Shown: positions 1 through 14,705 of the stretch, one piece after another
Numbering within the stretch: the first letter of the stretch is position 1
Layout of the letters: every line of letters starts with the position of its first letter
Assembly (NCBI GenBank): GCA_964247055.1
Contig: OZ176055.1
Coordinates: forward strand, 6,572,001 to 6,636,000
DNA from: Paragordius varius
Lineage: Eukaryota; Animalia; Nematomorpha
Direction of reading: 5' to 3'
Length of the DNA stretch: 64,000 nucleotides
Made by a program: the position numbers and the translations under genes
The notes under the pieces: model-generated
What the model was told of the DNA's origin: nothing
The model's input: only the letters and a program-made list of their open reading frames with translations
Database searches by the model: none

Positions 1-623
1 CAAAAAATATATTTTTATTTTTTGCAATTTTTTTGCAAGATTGAATGTATGATTGAATCATTAGACATATATTTCCAATTGACAAAGCTTTTCACAATAA
101 TTAACTTATAATTTTGTGATTAAGAATTTTAGGATGAGATTCTAACGATATGTGACATTTTATAATATTTACAAATTTATTTCTTAGTTATTTAAATTCT
201 TACTCAATGTATAAAAATTTTAAGCTCCATTTTAAATGTACATTTTTTAAAAAAAAACTTAACACTGCATTTATTATAAGAAATTTCATTTAATTATATT
301 ATTTTTTGTTTATGTAATTATAATTTAATTAGTCCCATGTTATTCAACATAAAAAGTCTAATCAATCAATAAATAATCTGTTTTGCATGATTAATAAGAT
401 AATGAGAAAGAGGCAATAATATTGAGTATCCTTATTATTAATATTATATATTAGCTAAATCAATATTTCAAAAAAATGATTATTAAATTATCTACAATAA
501 TGATCTATGGAGCCATATTTTTAACGATTTAATTTTGAGAGTTTTGTCAATTAAACCATTAATTAGTATTATTACAATATTTTAATTTATAGTATATAAC
601 ATTGAAGTTTCATAACTTATTTT

Positions 624-626
<3 letters not shown>

Positions 627-659
<33 letters not shown>
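627..659. repeat. (AT)n microsatellite, insertion site of the adjacent Helitron
   Basis: Perfect AT dinucleotide run directly abutting the CTAG at 660-663. Confidence 0.95.
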
Positions 660-660
<1 letters not shown>

Positions 661-1215
661 TAGCGTAAATCTCGTGCTGCGCAGCCCGAGGAAGTCCTTC
701 GGACTTCTGGGGGGCTATTGGAAAAATGGGACAATAAAATGATCCACTTCGAAACATTATTTAATAGATGATTTTATAGGAATTTTAAAACGGAGCATTC
801 ATACTAATATATAGTTTAATTGGGGGCAAAATAGATTTAAAAAATTATTTTTGTGGACTTTTTTTAAAAATGCCATTTTACGGGGGGAGCGGGTAAAAAG
901 AGGGCCTAAATCAAAAAAGCGAGACGACTATGTTCGGCGCAATCGGAAATAAGTAAACAAAAATCATATTTGAAATTGAATGGACCAACACGTTCTCCAG
1001 AAAATTGCAAATTTTTGTGGACTTCTGTTTTAAAAAAAACCGTTTTTCACACGGGGTGGGCCCGAACTGGGGGCCTATTTTAAATAAAAGGCGAAGCTAT
1101 TGTCGGGGCATTCATTAATGATTTTATTTTTTCGATGTTAGTATTTGAATGGGTCTACCGGTTTTCCGGTACCAGATCACAAAGCCAGCATTTTCCATTT
1201 TTATAAATATATAGA
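660..1215 (-). mobile_element. Non-autonomous Helitron (~556 bp)
   Basis: On the minus strand it starts A|TCTATATATTTATAAAAATGG (1215) and ends CTAG|T (660). Two GC-rich hairpins (GAAGTCC-gaa-GGACTTC and CTCGGGCTGCGCAGCACGAG) lie just upstream, the second ending 7 nt before the CTAG. These are canonical Helitron termini with an A|T target and no TSD. Confidence 0.8.
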
Positions 1216-2249
1216 TTACCATAAATAATGTTTTATTATCCATATATTTTTAACATCCTATGCATATGATAGATACTCCTTACTCAGCAGCTATCATCAA
1301 AGAAACGCTTGACTAGAATTTTTGCCTTTTAACATGGTATACGAAAAATCCTTATTGAATTTTTACAGTCTCATACCTAGGGCGAAAAATAGATTTAGAA
1401 AATTATTTTGTTTTTTGAAAAAAATGGCATTTTACGGGGGTAGCGGGTAAAAAGAGGGCCTAAATCAAAAAAGCGAGACGACTATGTTCAGCGCAATCGA
1501 AAATAAGTAAACAAAAATCATATTTGAAAATGAATGGTCCAACACGTTCTCCGGAAAATTGACTTAACCCATTTTTCACACGGGGTAGGCCCGAACTGGG
1601 GACCTAATTCCAAAAAAGGGCGAAGCTATTGTCAGGACATTTATTAAATATTTTTTCGATGTTTGTATTTGATTGGGTCCACCGGTTTTCCGGAAAAAGA
1701 TCACAAAGTTACATGAATCAGTTTTTAGCGGGTAGCTCCTTACCCAGCAGCTATCATCAAAGAAACGCTTGACTAAAATTTTTGCCTTTTAACAGGGAAT
1801 ACGTGGAATCCATATAGAATTTTTACGGTCTCATACCTAGGGCGAAAATAGATTTAAAAATATTTTTTTGTATACTTTGTTTTTTGAAAAAAATGGCATT
1901 TTACGGGGGGAGCGGGTAAAAAGAGGGCCTAAATCAAAAAAGCGAGACGACTATGTTTAGCGCAATCGAAAATAAGTAAACAAAAATCATATTTGAAATT
2001 GAATGGACCAACACGTTCTCCAGAAAATTGTCTCAAAGACACGATTTTTGTGGACTTCTGTTTTAAAAAAAAACCGTTTTTCACACGGGGTGGGCCCGAA
2101 CTGGGGGCCTATTTTAAAAAAAGGGCGAAGCTATTGTCGGGGCATTCATTAATGATTATATTTTTTCGATATTTGGATTGGATTGGGTCTACCGTTTTTC
2201 CGGTACCAGATCACAAAGCCAGCATTTTCCATTTTTATAAATATATAGA
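1216..2249 (-). mobile_element. Two further tandem, diverged copies of the same Helitron core
   Basis: The core GCGGGTAAAAAGAGGGCCTAAATCAAAAAAGCGAGACGACTATGTT recurs near 888, 1443 and 1911. A second A|TCTATATATTTATAAAAATGG 5' end lies at 2249. These copies have no 3' hairpin/CTAG of their own. Confidence 0.75.
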
Positions 2250-2735
2250 TTTATATATATATATATATATAATCTTACAAAGCACCTCCCGCAAATATAT
2301 ATTTGTATGAAATTAAATAAAAAAATGATAAATTTATCCCATGTGATTGCTGCGTTTTATAGTTTTGTACCAAAACGACCAGACTTTTCCAACTATCCAT
2401 TTATATGTATAATATAAGTCCGATTTAACTTTTCATAGAAATGATGATAATGTAATCATTTATATGCAATTATTCATGTTCTCTGTCTCTGTTTTGACGC
2501 AAATAGACGCAATATAAAAAAAATTGTTCATTTTATATATAGACAAAATTAATTCAGTACAGATTAAAAAAAGTGATTTTTAATTTTTTTACAAATACTA
2601 ATAGGGTTAATAAGACACACACACCCCAAAAAAACTTTTATTGTAATATATTTTAACATTCCTACAATATTTCATAAATATGTTAGATCATCATTGTCAA
2701 CATTTATTCCCGCCTCATACGATCACAAAATTGCA

Positions 2736-5700
2736 ATGAAAAAAGTTAATGACACCAATATATTACCAGAGGCGATGACAAAAAATAACTTACTTGGGCG
2801 AGGATTTCATTCAAAACCCAATTCACCAAACCGTGAAGTTATGGGAAATGGAATATCGCTTTCATCAGCGGTGATTGGAAACAGTTTACTCAAACTACCA
2901 ACCATGGATTTAGGAGCGACGACGAATATTGTATCATCTCTCATAAAGTAAGTTTATACTTTGATTAAATGTTTTTCTGTAACAAAAAAAGATTTTTTTT
3001 GTTAATTTTACAATTAAAATATTGGGAACATAACTGATCTCTTTAGTGAGTTTTTTCGAAAATATAAGTATGTTTAATGATTGAGGTTCTAAATGTAAAG
3101 GCTAGTTTTAACTTTTAATCAGTAGAACGTAAGATGATTTTTTCAAAAACAACCATTTAAAATATGACAAAATTAGTTTCTTAATCATTTTTTGTTTTAA
3201 TTATTTATTTCTATAATTCTGTAATATAATTGTAAAGTTTAAAAACTGAAGAAAAATAGGAATTTAGATTGAAAAATAAATATAAAGCGGTATGTTGAAT
3301 CCTTGGTCAATGTTAATTGAGACTAGTTTCGTGTTATCATATCAAAAATAAACCATTTTCCATTTTCACTGTATTCAGATCCATAGTTCCCACAAACCTG
3401 GATTCTTCGCATAATAGCGTTCTCACTTCCAAAATTGAACAGGGAAAAAACATTTCATTGACGAATAGTGCTATGAATTGCACTATAACTTCCACATCTA
3501 TGATTGTAACATCTACCATAGATCACAACATTAATAATAATAATAATAGTAGCCTTTCAACCATGTCACGCAAATATTTCATTAGCATTTCTGATTTTGC
3601 TAAGCAACATCACAGAAAAGCAAGCCTTGAAACCGGTGTGTATTGCGACATTTGTCACAAAACCAAATTTGCTGACGGTGCTGGCCATTCCTGTTCGTAC
3701 TGCAAAAAGACGTGTTGTTCACGCTGTGGTGGGCGGGTACCGCTTAAACCCCTTTCTTCACAGGTATTTATATTTTGAATTCAATATATACGATGTATTA
3801 TATATTTTAGGGATATTTTTATTCACTTTATATCTCAAAATTGGTGTTTGATATAACCAAAAAATTAATATACAAAGGGAACCATTTTTTTTTAAAAAAA
3901 ACTGGATTCATTTAAATTCATGCTTCCTCCATATTTTTTTTGTGTTTACAAATGATAAATATTTCAGAATGGACGTTATTATAATATTATTTTGGCATGT
4001 AAGGATAGAATGATATAGGATCAATTATTAAGCGACATTTTTTCTAAATAATTTTATATTCATATAGAGTATTATTCAATTAAAATTCCGAATATTAATA
4101 TTAAAATAATATTATAAATGTTTAATTAAAACTCATATACCAAACCCAATATTTGCATACGCATAATTATTCAAATACAACTTATTAAAACGTAATTTTA
4201 CAATTTTATCCTACTGTCATTCTTAGGTGATTGATTACATGTTAAAGGTTTATCGATTAATATATTCTTATTTTTGTAAAACTTTTGAGGACACTAATAT
4301 AGAATATTACCTTTTTGATAATACATTTTTTGGGGGATCAGGCTGAGTTAGGAATTTCGGCATGTTTTGATGCAAACATAAGCATAATTAATACATTTTC
4401 TTTAGACGTTGCTAACTTTTTTTCTTAAATTCACCTTTACTTTTCCTATGTAATAAAGACGATATGGGTCTGTCTCGGATGCCGGAAAAAGCATGCTTCT
4501 GTCACCAAAGCCGGTGATTGGTTGGACAATCGCACGTGTGTGACAACTTGCGCTTCGCTCCACACTTCAGTTAATATGGGCGTTTCGACAGGCCCATCCC
4601 CAACTCCGCCCTCCCTTTTGTGTAGCAGCGATAATGTTTCAAATAATAGCTCTTCGCTTACCAGCGCTTTCCATAGCACAACGGGTAAGAATGATAAAAT
4701 GTTGACTGAAAAATCTAAACATCAAAAAAAGAAAGAGGATGATACCACCTCCTACCAAATTGAAACAGGTGAAATAATGCACACAACTTTAACTAAATTG
4801 GGTCATACAGCTCAATCTATTTCATTTAATTCGAGTCCGACACCTCCTATGGTATCTGATGAATCACGCCCAATGTCAACCATGAGTATTGAAGTTGGTA
4901 ACATTCATAATCTTCCACCGCGTACTATGGCTCACAATACTATTGCTACTACGAATTTTGAAAGATCAACACTTAATGGTACTCAAAATGCGAATTTAGG
5001 TGAGGAAAGCCTGAATATAACCACAAGTACTGATTTACTTACGGATAATAACAGCATGCTCCCAAACATATCTCAAAATGCAGCAAGCAAATTGGCTAAA
5101 ACACCAACTCAAGAATCGTCTGTCACAATTGAACAAAGCCAACGTGAAATAAAAGCTTACAATAAAGGTAGTCGATGTTTGTAAAACTTTATTTTGTTTA
5201 GATTTATGGTAATGCAAAAATTATTGAAGATGTCCCTATATTATGACACTTTTAGGGTGTGTAGAGAGGATTATACTAATTATTTCCTTATTAAATTTTT
5301 AGATTTTTTCGGACATTTTCTGATTATTATTTAATAATGAAAAAATATAAATAAAGCCAATAATATATATATATATATAACAAAAATCATATTATTTTAT
5401 ACCTATCGTATATATTGTATCTACCACTGTTGGAATCATAACATTTATCATTCCTGAGTGCATTAAATCCTAATATAAATGGATTATTTATAATATGACC
5501 ATGAAATATTTTGCTATTTTAAATACTTAGGTGTGGTTTATAAATGATGAAATACCAAGCTAAAATAAAACGAATATGGCACTTAACATATTGGCAAAAC
5601 AGATATTTTATTGCATCATCAATGTGCGACCATTTGCCATAGCGAAATTTTATCCAATTAATTATGATTATTTGTTTAAAATGCTAGTTCAAATTCGATT

Positions 5701-8700
5701 AAACACAAGTATCTGTCTACTGCAATTAATTTTAAAATTGTTTTTTTTTTCAAACCTTTTTTTCAAAATTATATTTTATATATATTCAAGGTTAGGTTGC
5801 TATTGTTAAAAATATCTACTATTTTGATTGAATAATGTATTTTTCAGATCATCGTTTTTTAATGAAATCCTCATGCAAACCTTATTCCATCATTGCAAAA
5901 AATAACAATGTTTATAAATGAAAAATAGCATTGACAAATGTTTTTCTAGCGAAAAAAGCGGTTTATACAAACAAAGAAATTTCACGATATTTATTTCTGA
6001 ATTAAAATAATAGTTTGTTAATTAAGGACAGACGGGTTCGATATAATTCTCATCTATTTATGAATATTACTTTCTATTAATTTATTTGGACTCCAAATTG
6101 ATTTGATCAGTTGATATATAAAAGACATGGGGGTATTTATAGGATTTATAAGGCTTATTATTTTTTAATCAATGGTTAATAAAGTGTAATGGTATGTTTT
6201 AAAATAAATGTTTAGATACCAATTTCATATCTACCAATTGTCTTATGGAACATCTCAATGTTACTTCGATCGCCAATAGTTATGATCAAACCGCCAGGAA
6301 AATGATTGCAATTTCTTCTGAAACCTTATGTCCGCCTACATCAACGTTTTCTACGCCCCTTCCTCTCGTTGCCAAACAACAAATAGAAGTTACCCAAGAA
6401 GTTTGATTTGTTAATCTATAATCTATCTAATTTATTAGATAGCATCCAAAAATAGCTAAATTTAACCATAAAAGAGTTATTTTTATAGGTTTTTGAAGTT
6501 AAAGATTTATTATGCAGCACACGCAAAATTTATTTTAAAGTGTGATGAAACCATATATAATAAAGACTGCCAATTATTATAGAGTTATATTTTGAATGAT
6601 TGAAAAGGGGAAGCATTTAGTATTAACTAAATATATAACATGCAATATTTTAATAATTTAAAAGATTATAGTACCACACATATAATAACCTTAAATGATC
6701 GGAATCAGAGACGTAATTAAGATTAAATTTTAGTTGTTGTACTAAATTAGCAATCAAGCGAAATTACATTTTAGGTTGAAAAAACATAATTGTTTATTTG
6801 TAACAAATGACTCTTCAAAACTTGTTATTATAAATTAAAATTTTTACAATTTTAACTGTGCAAATGGTTTCTAGAAGTCATCAATTTCAACAAATCAATC
6901 AGAATTCCAATCATCTGGTTTAAAACAACCAATCTATTCCATGTATGGCACATGTGGGGCCAACAGAAAACAACCCAAACTGCATGATATACAAAAACAT
7001 CCAAACTCTGCCTCTATAAAACGCTTTGATTCAATCAGTTCTGCGATAGATTTCGTATCCACTGACACACCACATAGGACAAAAATGTTGACTAAACGAT
7101 CGTCCTTGGGTAATTTTTGTATGTTGTTTTGTGAATAAAACATTGATATTTTATCAATTAACATTGAATGTGCATGAGTATAATGCTCAAGTTTAAAATT
7201 TTGCGATATTTGACTTAATCGCGGTAAATTGGAAAAAACAAAAATGTAATAAAAAGACTCTAAAAGCTAAAAACCAATATTTTATCTTATTATAAAGTTA
7301 TTGAGCCCCGAAACAGATAGTTTATTTAAAATATGTGCCGTATTGTTGTAATGTTTTAGAGGGTGGATTCAAGTAAATGGTTTATTTAATAATAAAAACG
7401 AGATTTTACTAACTGAAACCTGGAAAACCAAAGTATTTGTTTTTAAATTTATTTATAAAATATTTTATATTGAATCGTTAAAAAATTTATCCATTTTTCA
7501 TAAGATGAAATTAATATCAAAACAGGAAATAACATTTAACAAAGAGAAAACATAGTACGAGTATACATGATGTTTTTGTTAAAATTATAATCTCTCCCAA
7601 ATATTATCAATTTTTTACCAAAACACATATAATTTTTTTGCTATGTTAGATTACGATAATTTGCACCATAAAAAATTACCGGAACCCCGTGTATCAATGA
7701 TGTTGTCTCAATCCTCAACAATTTATCCTTCATTATATGATTCACGAGTAATTGATATACTGATGAATTTTTTAAAGCTTTTGATGTTTCAGAATATGCC
7801 TTTTTAAAATTTTAACTTTATTGAAAGTTTAGAACTTATAAGCAATTTTATGTAGCACGTTGTGAATTGGACCCCTAGCTCTGATGGAAAATTCTTGATT
7901 GGTCATATAACGTTATACCGACAACCTGTGATGGAATCAAATCTAGATACTGATTTTTATTACAAGACTACAGTTTTGACAGAAAGCTTAAATTTGGTGC
8001 GACAACCCCAGCATTTTTCCCTGTTAGGCCTTAAGATTGTAGGTGGGAAAGAAATTGATTCTCATCAACTTTTACCGCTAAATTACTACGAGAATTTGAA
8101 TCGCTCTTCAATTAGCATTAGGAATGTACCATCACCACCTATTCAACTGTGCGCTATTGTTGATAAAGTTAAGAGAGGTAGTTTGGCTGATCGTGTGGCT
8201 AAATTGATGCCTGGTAAGATATTAAGTTAGAAATGATATGTTATGAAGTAATTGAATCTATTTTCATAATTTCTTTTCCTAGTCATGATTTTCTCAATTC
8301 AGCATTAATTTAATATAAATATATTTGGTTATGTATTTTGTTTTTGTAAATTAATGTTTTTGCAATGTATATACTTGATATGTGTTCGATATGTGGGTAT
8401 TATTGACAACTATATCGTAGCCAACATATTATATAAAAATATAATTAAAATTTCAAGATATACTTACTAAGGGATAGATAAATCTCAACAATGAATAATT
8501 TTAGGTAAAAATTATATTTCGCCTTTTTATTTCTTTTACAGGTGACGAAATTGTGTTTTGGAACCATCAATGCTTGCGTGGGCTTAGTTATAAACAAGTC
8601 TCAAAAATTATATCCGATTCTCGATTCCTTGCCAAGGTTGAACTGGTTGCTCATCGCCTAATATTGTAAGATTAAAATATTTTTTATCATATAATTTTAA

Positions 8701-11685
8701 CTTAAATTTATTTATTTTAAATTTTTATATTTATTTTTTCACAGATCTAGGGTCATTAGCGAGTCAACAAACACTATCAAAAGCAAAGGTATATACATAA
8801 ATCTAAAAACAAGAAATAATCTGTTTTTTTAACTTAACCTATCATTTTTTACGGAAACAAGATAAATTACTTTAACCCAAATATCTTGAGTTTATGGCTA
8901 ACTTTATTTGAAAACAATAAATATGGCTTAAGAAAAATAATTTATCATAATTCCAATATTTAAATCCATTTTCAACCATATTAAGTAATTATATTATCAT
9001 TTGTAAAGAACCGATAGGGACACTCAATTGCTCAATTTCATTCGCTAACAACGCTGACAGATTTGTTCAACATATTAGCGCTATAGAAATCATTTTGGAT
9101 ACCCTTAACATTAATATTGCCCATAAAAATTTGCAATATTACCGCAATGAATTGAGCATTTACCCAATTTTTGCAACCATATACATTTGTGATATTAATT
9201 TGGGCGATATCGATAATGAATGTTCAAGGTTTTTTTTAAAAAAAATTCTACCAACATAAATTAATTTAAGAAATTATTTCTTACAATCCTTATAATGTGC
9301 GTTACCATTTAATTTATGGAGAAATATTAAATTAAGCTATTTCGTTTTCGTCCAGCAAAAAAAACCAAAAAGAAATGATTTTTACTAATTGATAACAAAG
9401 ATTATTGCTACTTTTTTTTTCGTCGTTTTTGTATAAAAATTTTTTTTTTCTTTCCATAATTTAATTAACAAAAGTTTAATGTCTTTTTGTTCTTGCACAC
9501 ATCACGCAACCAAAGTTATTTGTTAATTTAGATTTGTTAAATGTGACAAAAATAGATCTAAAGATAAGAGCGAGACTTGGTTATCATAAATAGTTTCCTC
9601 CTTGAATAATTGTTGCATATATTTTTTTGTTTCTCTTATATAATTATCATCATTGTCTTTCCCAAGATTTAATAAGAAATATTTAATATAAATTATTTTT
9701 TGACATCCGAAAAATAGGCCAGAGATCGTTTCATCGTGTGCTAAATGTGTGGAAAAACAATTAAATTCCCAAACTTTCCAATGGACATTCAATACATATA
9801 TTTTACCCTTGACTGAACGATTGAACCCAAATACATGTTTGTTATTCAAAATTTTCATAACAACTCAACATTTACGCGATCGAAACGTTGAAATTGGAAA
9901 GGTATATATTTTTATAATTTTAATTTTATTTTTTTATATTAAAGTAAGTGACTAATTAAAACGTTTTTGTTAGAGATATACTTAAATTATATAATGTTGC
10001 TTTTTTTCGAATATAGTTAAAATATGTTTGATTTAGGGTATCATATCCAATATCCTCGAATTGTATATCCAATCTCGTTCACTCATAGCCAATCGTATAG
10101 AATTATCTATTCCCATTTATAGTTGTGATCCAAACTTAAATATGGTAATTTTATTTTAAAAAAATTATTAAGACTAATTGTGATTTTTATTATTTATGGG
10201 GTTTTTTAATAGCTAAATGTTTGGTCTAGACCAGGTGTGGCCAACACTCGGCTCGCGAATAATTTGATGTCTATAACTTGCAAAAACATGCTTATAAATT
10301 TTAATAAAATTAATATTATTAAACAATTTTTTTAAATAAGTCTCTAGAAATAGCAAGAACGGGAAAAAAATTTTAATTTCCCATTTTGCAGTCTTATGTT
10401 TGAAATCTAATAAAAAAATTATAAATACCCATATATATTTCGAATGGGGCCCGAGGCCATTTGTGTTGATCACCCCTCCTGATCTAGATTATATACCATT
10501 CATAATTCAAAATCACCCTTGTAAAAATTTAATTCACCCTCGAACAATTCAAATTCACCCTAAAAATAATTATGTGTTTTCGGGCTAATATAACTCCTGA
10601 TTAATATAAAATATATTCTTATGGCATAGTTTATTATTTTTTCAGCATTATATTAATTTTAAACAAAACTTATTTTTTTAAAAATATAAAAATAGGTAAT
10701 TTTTAATTTAAAAAAACACTATAATTTATCTTAGGGTGAATTTGATTTGTTCGAAGGTGAATATGAATTGTTCAAGGGTGAATTTGGATTGTTCAAGGGT
10801 TAATTTGAACTGTAAATGGTATAATATATTTACAAAAATTTTAATGTGCTATAACCCAAAAAACAAAATTTTAGTTTTGTTTTTTTAATAATTATTATTT
10901 TGTAAATATAGGACAAACCTAGATATGCGCCTGAATATTGTGATAGAAGGCAACTTTTAAATGCTCGAAACGGTAAACTCTTTTTAAGAATTAACAATTG
11001 GGTGAAATTAATTGATTTAATTGATGTTTATTAAAACATAACATTTATGTATCTTTAACAATTGGGTGAAATTAATTGATTTAATTGATGTTTATTAAAA
11101 CTTAACATTTATGTATCTGTTTAAGGTTTTTTTATAGAAATATTTGATTATTAGGACTAATAAATTATGTATAATCTTTATAAAAATACAAATTTATGTT
11201 CTTTGACAATGAATGTAGATGTTTACGAACGTCGCAAAAGTTTTTTCCGTTCCGTAAGCGATTATGAAGATCAACGTACCAATGAAAGAAGTATTAAGCA
11301 ATCTTATTTGACCTCACCCCAAAATATATTGAGAAATAGGCAATATGACCCTTTAAATTATGGAATAATACGAAATTGTAACGAGGAGAACACCAGAAAC
11401 AATAATAATAATATCAATAATGTTTATATGTGCAATAAAATTGATGATATAGGTACTAAAGTATACCATATTCCATATTACGCTGCCCCAAAAAGGAATA
11501 AAAAACCAACTTTTAATCCCTCTACCCAACGCAGATGGGCCAGTACATTAAATATCAATCACTCTGATAATTATCATTCGACACTATATAATAATGATTA
11601 TCTACAAAATATATTATCGGTTGTTCCAGCAAGCATTACACATCAAGGTATTATCTAATTCTAAATCACATTGCAAATTAATCTA

Positions 11686-11716
<31 letters not shown>

Positions 11717-14655
11717 TATATTAACGAATAAATTGTATGGTAGAGTTTGTAACAAAAATTAGTAATTAATGGTAATTTATATAAAGTGAATTAAAATTAA
11801 TTTTATTAATTATTACCATGCGAAATTAATATATATTATTTTTATATAAAAAGTGTATTTTTTGCGCACACAATACTTTTTGGCTGCTTTTTAAACATAT
11901 AACAAACATAATTTAAGTTCATTTTTAAAGAAATATTACAATTTTGAAAACAACTTTCAGTATATTTTAGATTCTTTTGCTTGACGAATTCACTTTTTTC
12001 TATCAAACTTAACACGAAAATTAATTTATATACCTTATTTTTTTATTACACAGTAGGTTATGACCCAAGATCCCACAACATTCGAACAAACGGTTCATTG
12101 ATATGGGATGGAATGCAATATTATCATCATCCAAAGCCCTTAAACCTAGCGACTAATCAGCGTGATCTTATGCCTAATTTTTCCAATCAAAACAACTTTT
12201 TATCTTATAGCCAACATTTACCTCAAAATCTAACGGTTTACCCCCATCCTAATCGTAGAAGGAGTTATCAAGGTGAACATAGGTTTTTTTTGTTAATAAC
12301 ATTTTATATTTTTTAAAATATTAATCACATATAATTTTTCTAAAATTAGATTATTCCTTATTGAATGAAAATCAAACGATCAAAATGAACAATTTAAACC
12401 CAGAATGGGATCAGTATCGGTTCCTGGAAAGAAATAGAGAAAGAATTGGCCGTAAACTACCCAACATTAATGTCTCTGGAAGGTAGCCTCCCCTTTTAAA
12501 ATCAAATCATTTTTTATAGAAAATTGAACGCGTTTTATAATAATATATTCGCTTTATAAAACAAAATTGGATTATTGTTAATTTTCGACTCTTATATTGA
12601 AAAGTCCTTATCGAAATAAAATACAAGCTTAATGTTATTATATCTTTTTTATGTTTGTTCTATTGGATAAAAGCTAACTACCTTACCATAAATTATACAA
12701 AACCAATCTGTAATATTTACCATAAGCCGATTGAATGACAAACATATAAATTATTGATTATATTTTTGTTTTGGATATATGTAGGCCAAAATTAGCGCTT
12801 TAGTAATATACATTTTGATTTATATTGATTAATTTATGATTATAATATAATAGTAATCAATACATGCATTCTGATGGTGAGGCTTATGATACTCATAGGT
12901 ATGTTTTATTCGATAAAATTTCTTTATTAAAAAATATTTTTTTAAATCAAATATCTTTATTTCAATATCAATATTAATGTTTTGTCCAGATATTCAAGAC
13001 CTTTGGAAATAAGATCGAAAGGTAATTGTATAATTGGTTTATATTAATATAATATATTTCACAATATATACCATTTACAATTCAAATTCACCCTTGAACT
13101 ATTAACCTCGTATAATTCAAATTCATCCTTGAAAAATTCAAATTTACCCTCGAACAATCAAATTTACCTTAAAAAAAATTAAGTGTTTTCGGGCTAATAT
13201 AATTTATCATTATTAGAAAATATATTCTTATGGCATGGTTTATTATTTTTTCAGTATTATATTAATTTTGGACAAAATTTCATTTTTTAAAAATATAAAA
13301 CATTAGGTAATTTTTAATTTTAAAAAACACATATTTTTTTAGGGTGAATTCGAGGTAAATTTGAACTGTAAATGGTGTATATATATAAACATATATACAT
13401 ATATAGCTCAAACTCCATTGAAAAACTCAGCTAATGATATATGTAAGAACGAAATATACGAATCAAATAACGGTATGCATAATTAATTTTATAGTAAATA
13501 TTTGTATAACATTTCTAGGTTTTGTTAAAACAATAAATATTTTCCCGATAAATTTTCACCCGAAAATATTCGATATACATAATTAATTTTTAGTTTTTTC
13601 TGAATACTACTTTTCAGATAAATATCTGCCCAAAAACATTCAACAACAACAGAAACTGAAATTTTACAGTCATGCTCGGAAAGGACAATCCCAAAATTCA
13701 ACGGGTATATACATACATGATTTGTAGATTTTCTTGATACGCATTATTAATTTGTGATATGCGAAAATATCTAATGAAAACTTATACTAAATTATCATAT
13801 CTATCTTATTAAAGACACTAGTATTTTCATTTATATATAAAATAATTTTTGAGATGTTTTTATGATTCGAATGTTGTGGTGTAGAAGAACGTAATGATAG
13901 CTCTTCCTATTGTCCCATAAAACCAATCCTTATACCATCATCGTGTAAAGATGATTTGCGTAAAGCCGTACTCCTTAAACAAGCAAGTAAGGATTCCTAC
14001 GATTTAGAATTAACACAAACAACCAAAGTACCACCCCTATTCAGTACATTGTTTAAAATGTCGAGCAGTAGTCCTGCACCTTCAAGGTACACACACACAC
14101 ACATATTGTTACAAAAAATATATTACTTTTTAATATTTGTACATATTTGTTAAATTGTAATATTTTGTATCGACAGAATATCAATCATTGTTTGCATGCA
14201 TGTTATGTTATCCGCTATCGGCTATGTAGTATTACTTATGTTGCTTTAATTTGTCCCTTCAATTTGGCATATAATAGAAAGTGTCCATATGATCTATGTC
14301 TATGAGATTACGTATTTCGGCTTTTGTGTTACAAATTTCGTAATTTTGAAAAAAATATTGTCGTTTAGTAATAGAGAAGCCAAGTTTAAAAAAACATTCT
14401 ATAATTTAGTCTATCCTCATCGTCACATTATTTATATTCTACCAAATCACCCACACCACCTTTGATTATATTGCCAAAAAGTGAAAATTCCCATTTGTGT
14501 GACCCGAAATATAATGTGGGCCGGAATGATCGGGTTATGCGTCAGGAGCAGGGATTGAAATCAGAACGAAATAAAAATAATCGAAATATTTCGGGTATGT
14601 TTTAAAAAATATATATTCATTAATTTTTTTGTTTATCATCTTTCTAAATTTAGTT

Positions 14656-14705
<50 letters not shown>

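Noticed and set aside
1993-2310. 105-aa ORF
   Set aside because: It lies inside the Helitron repeat, starts at TTG, and the sister units have stops in the same sequence.
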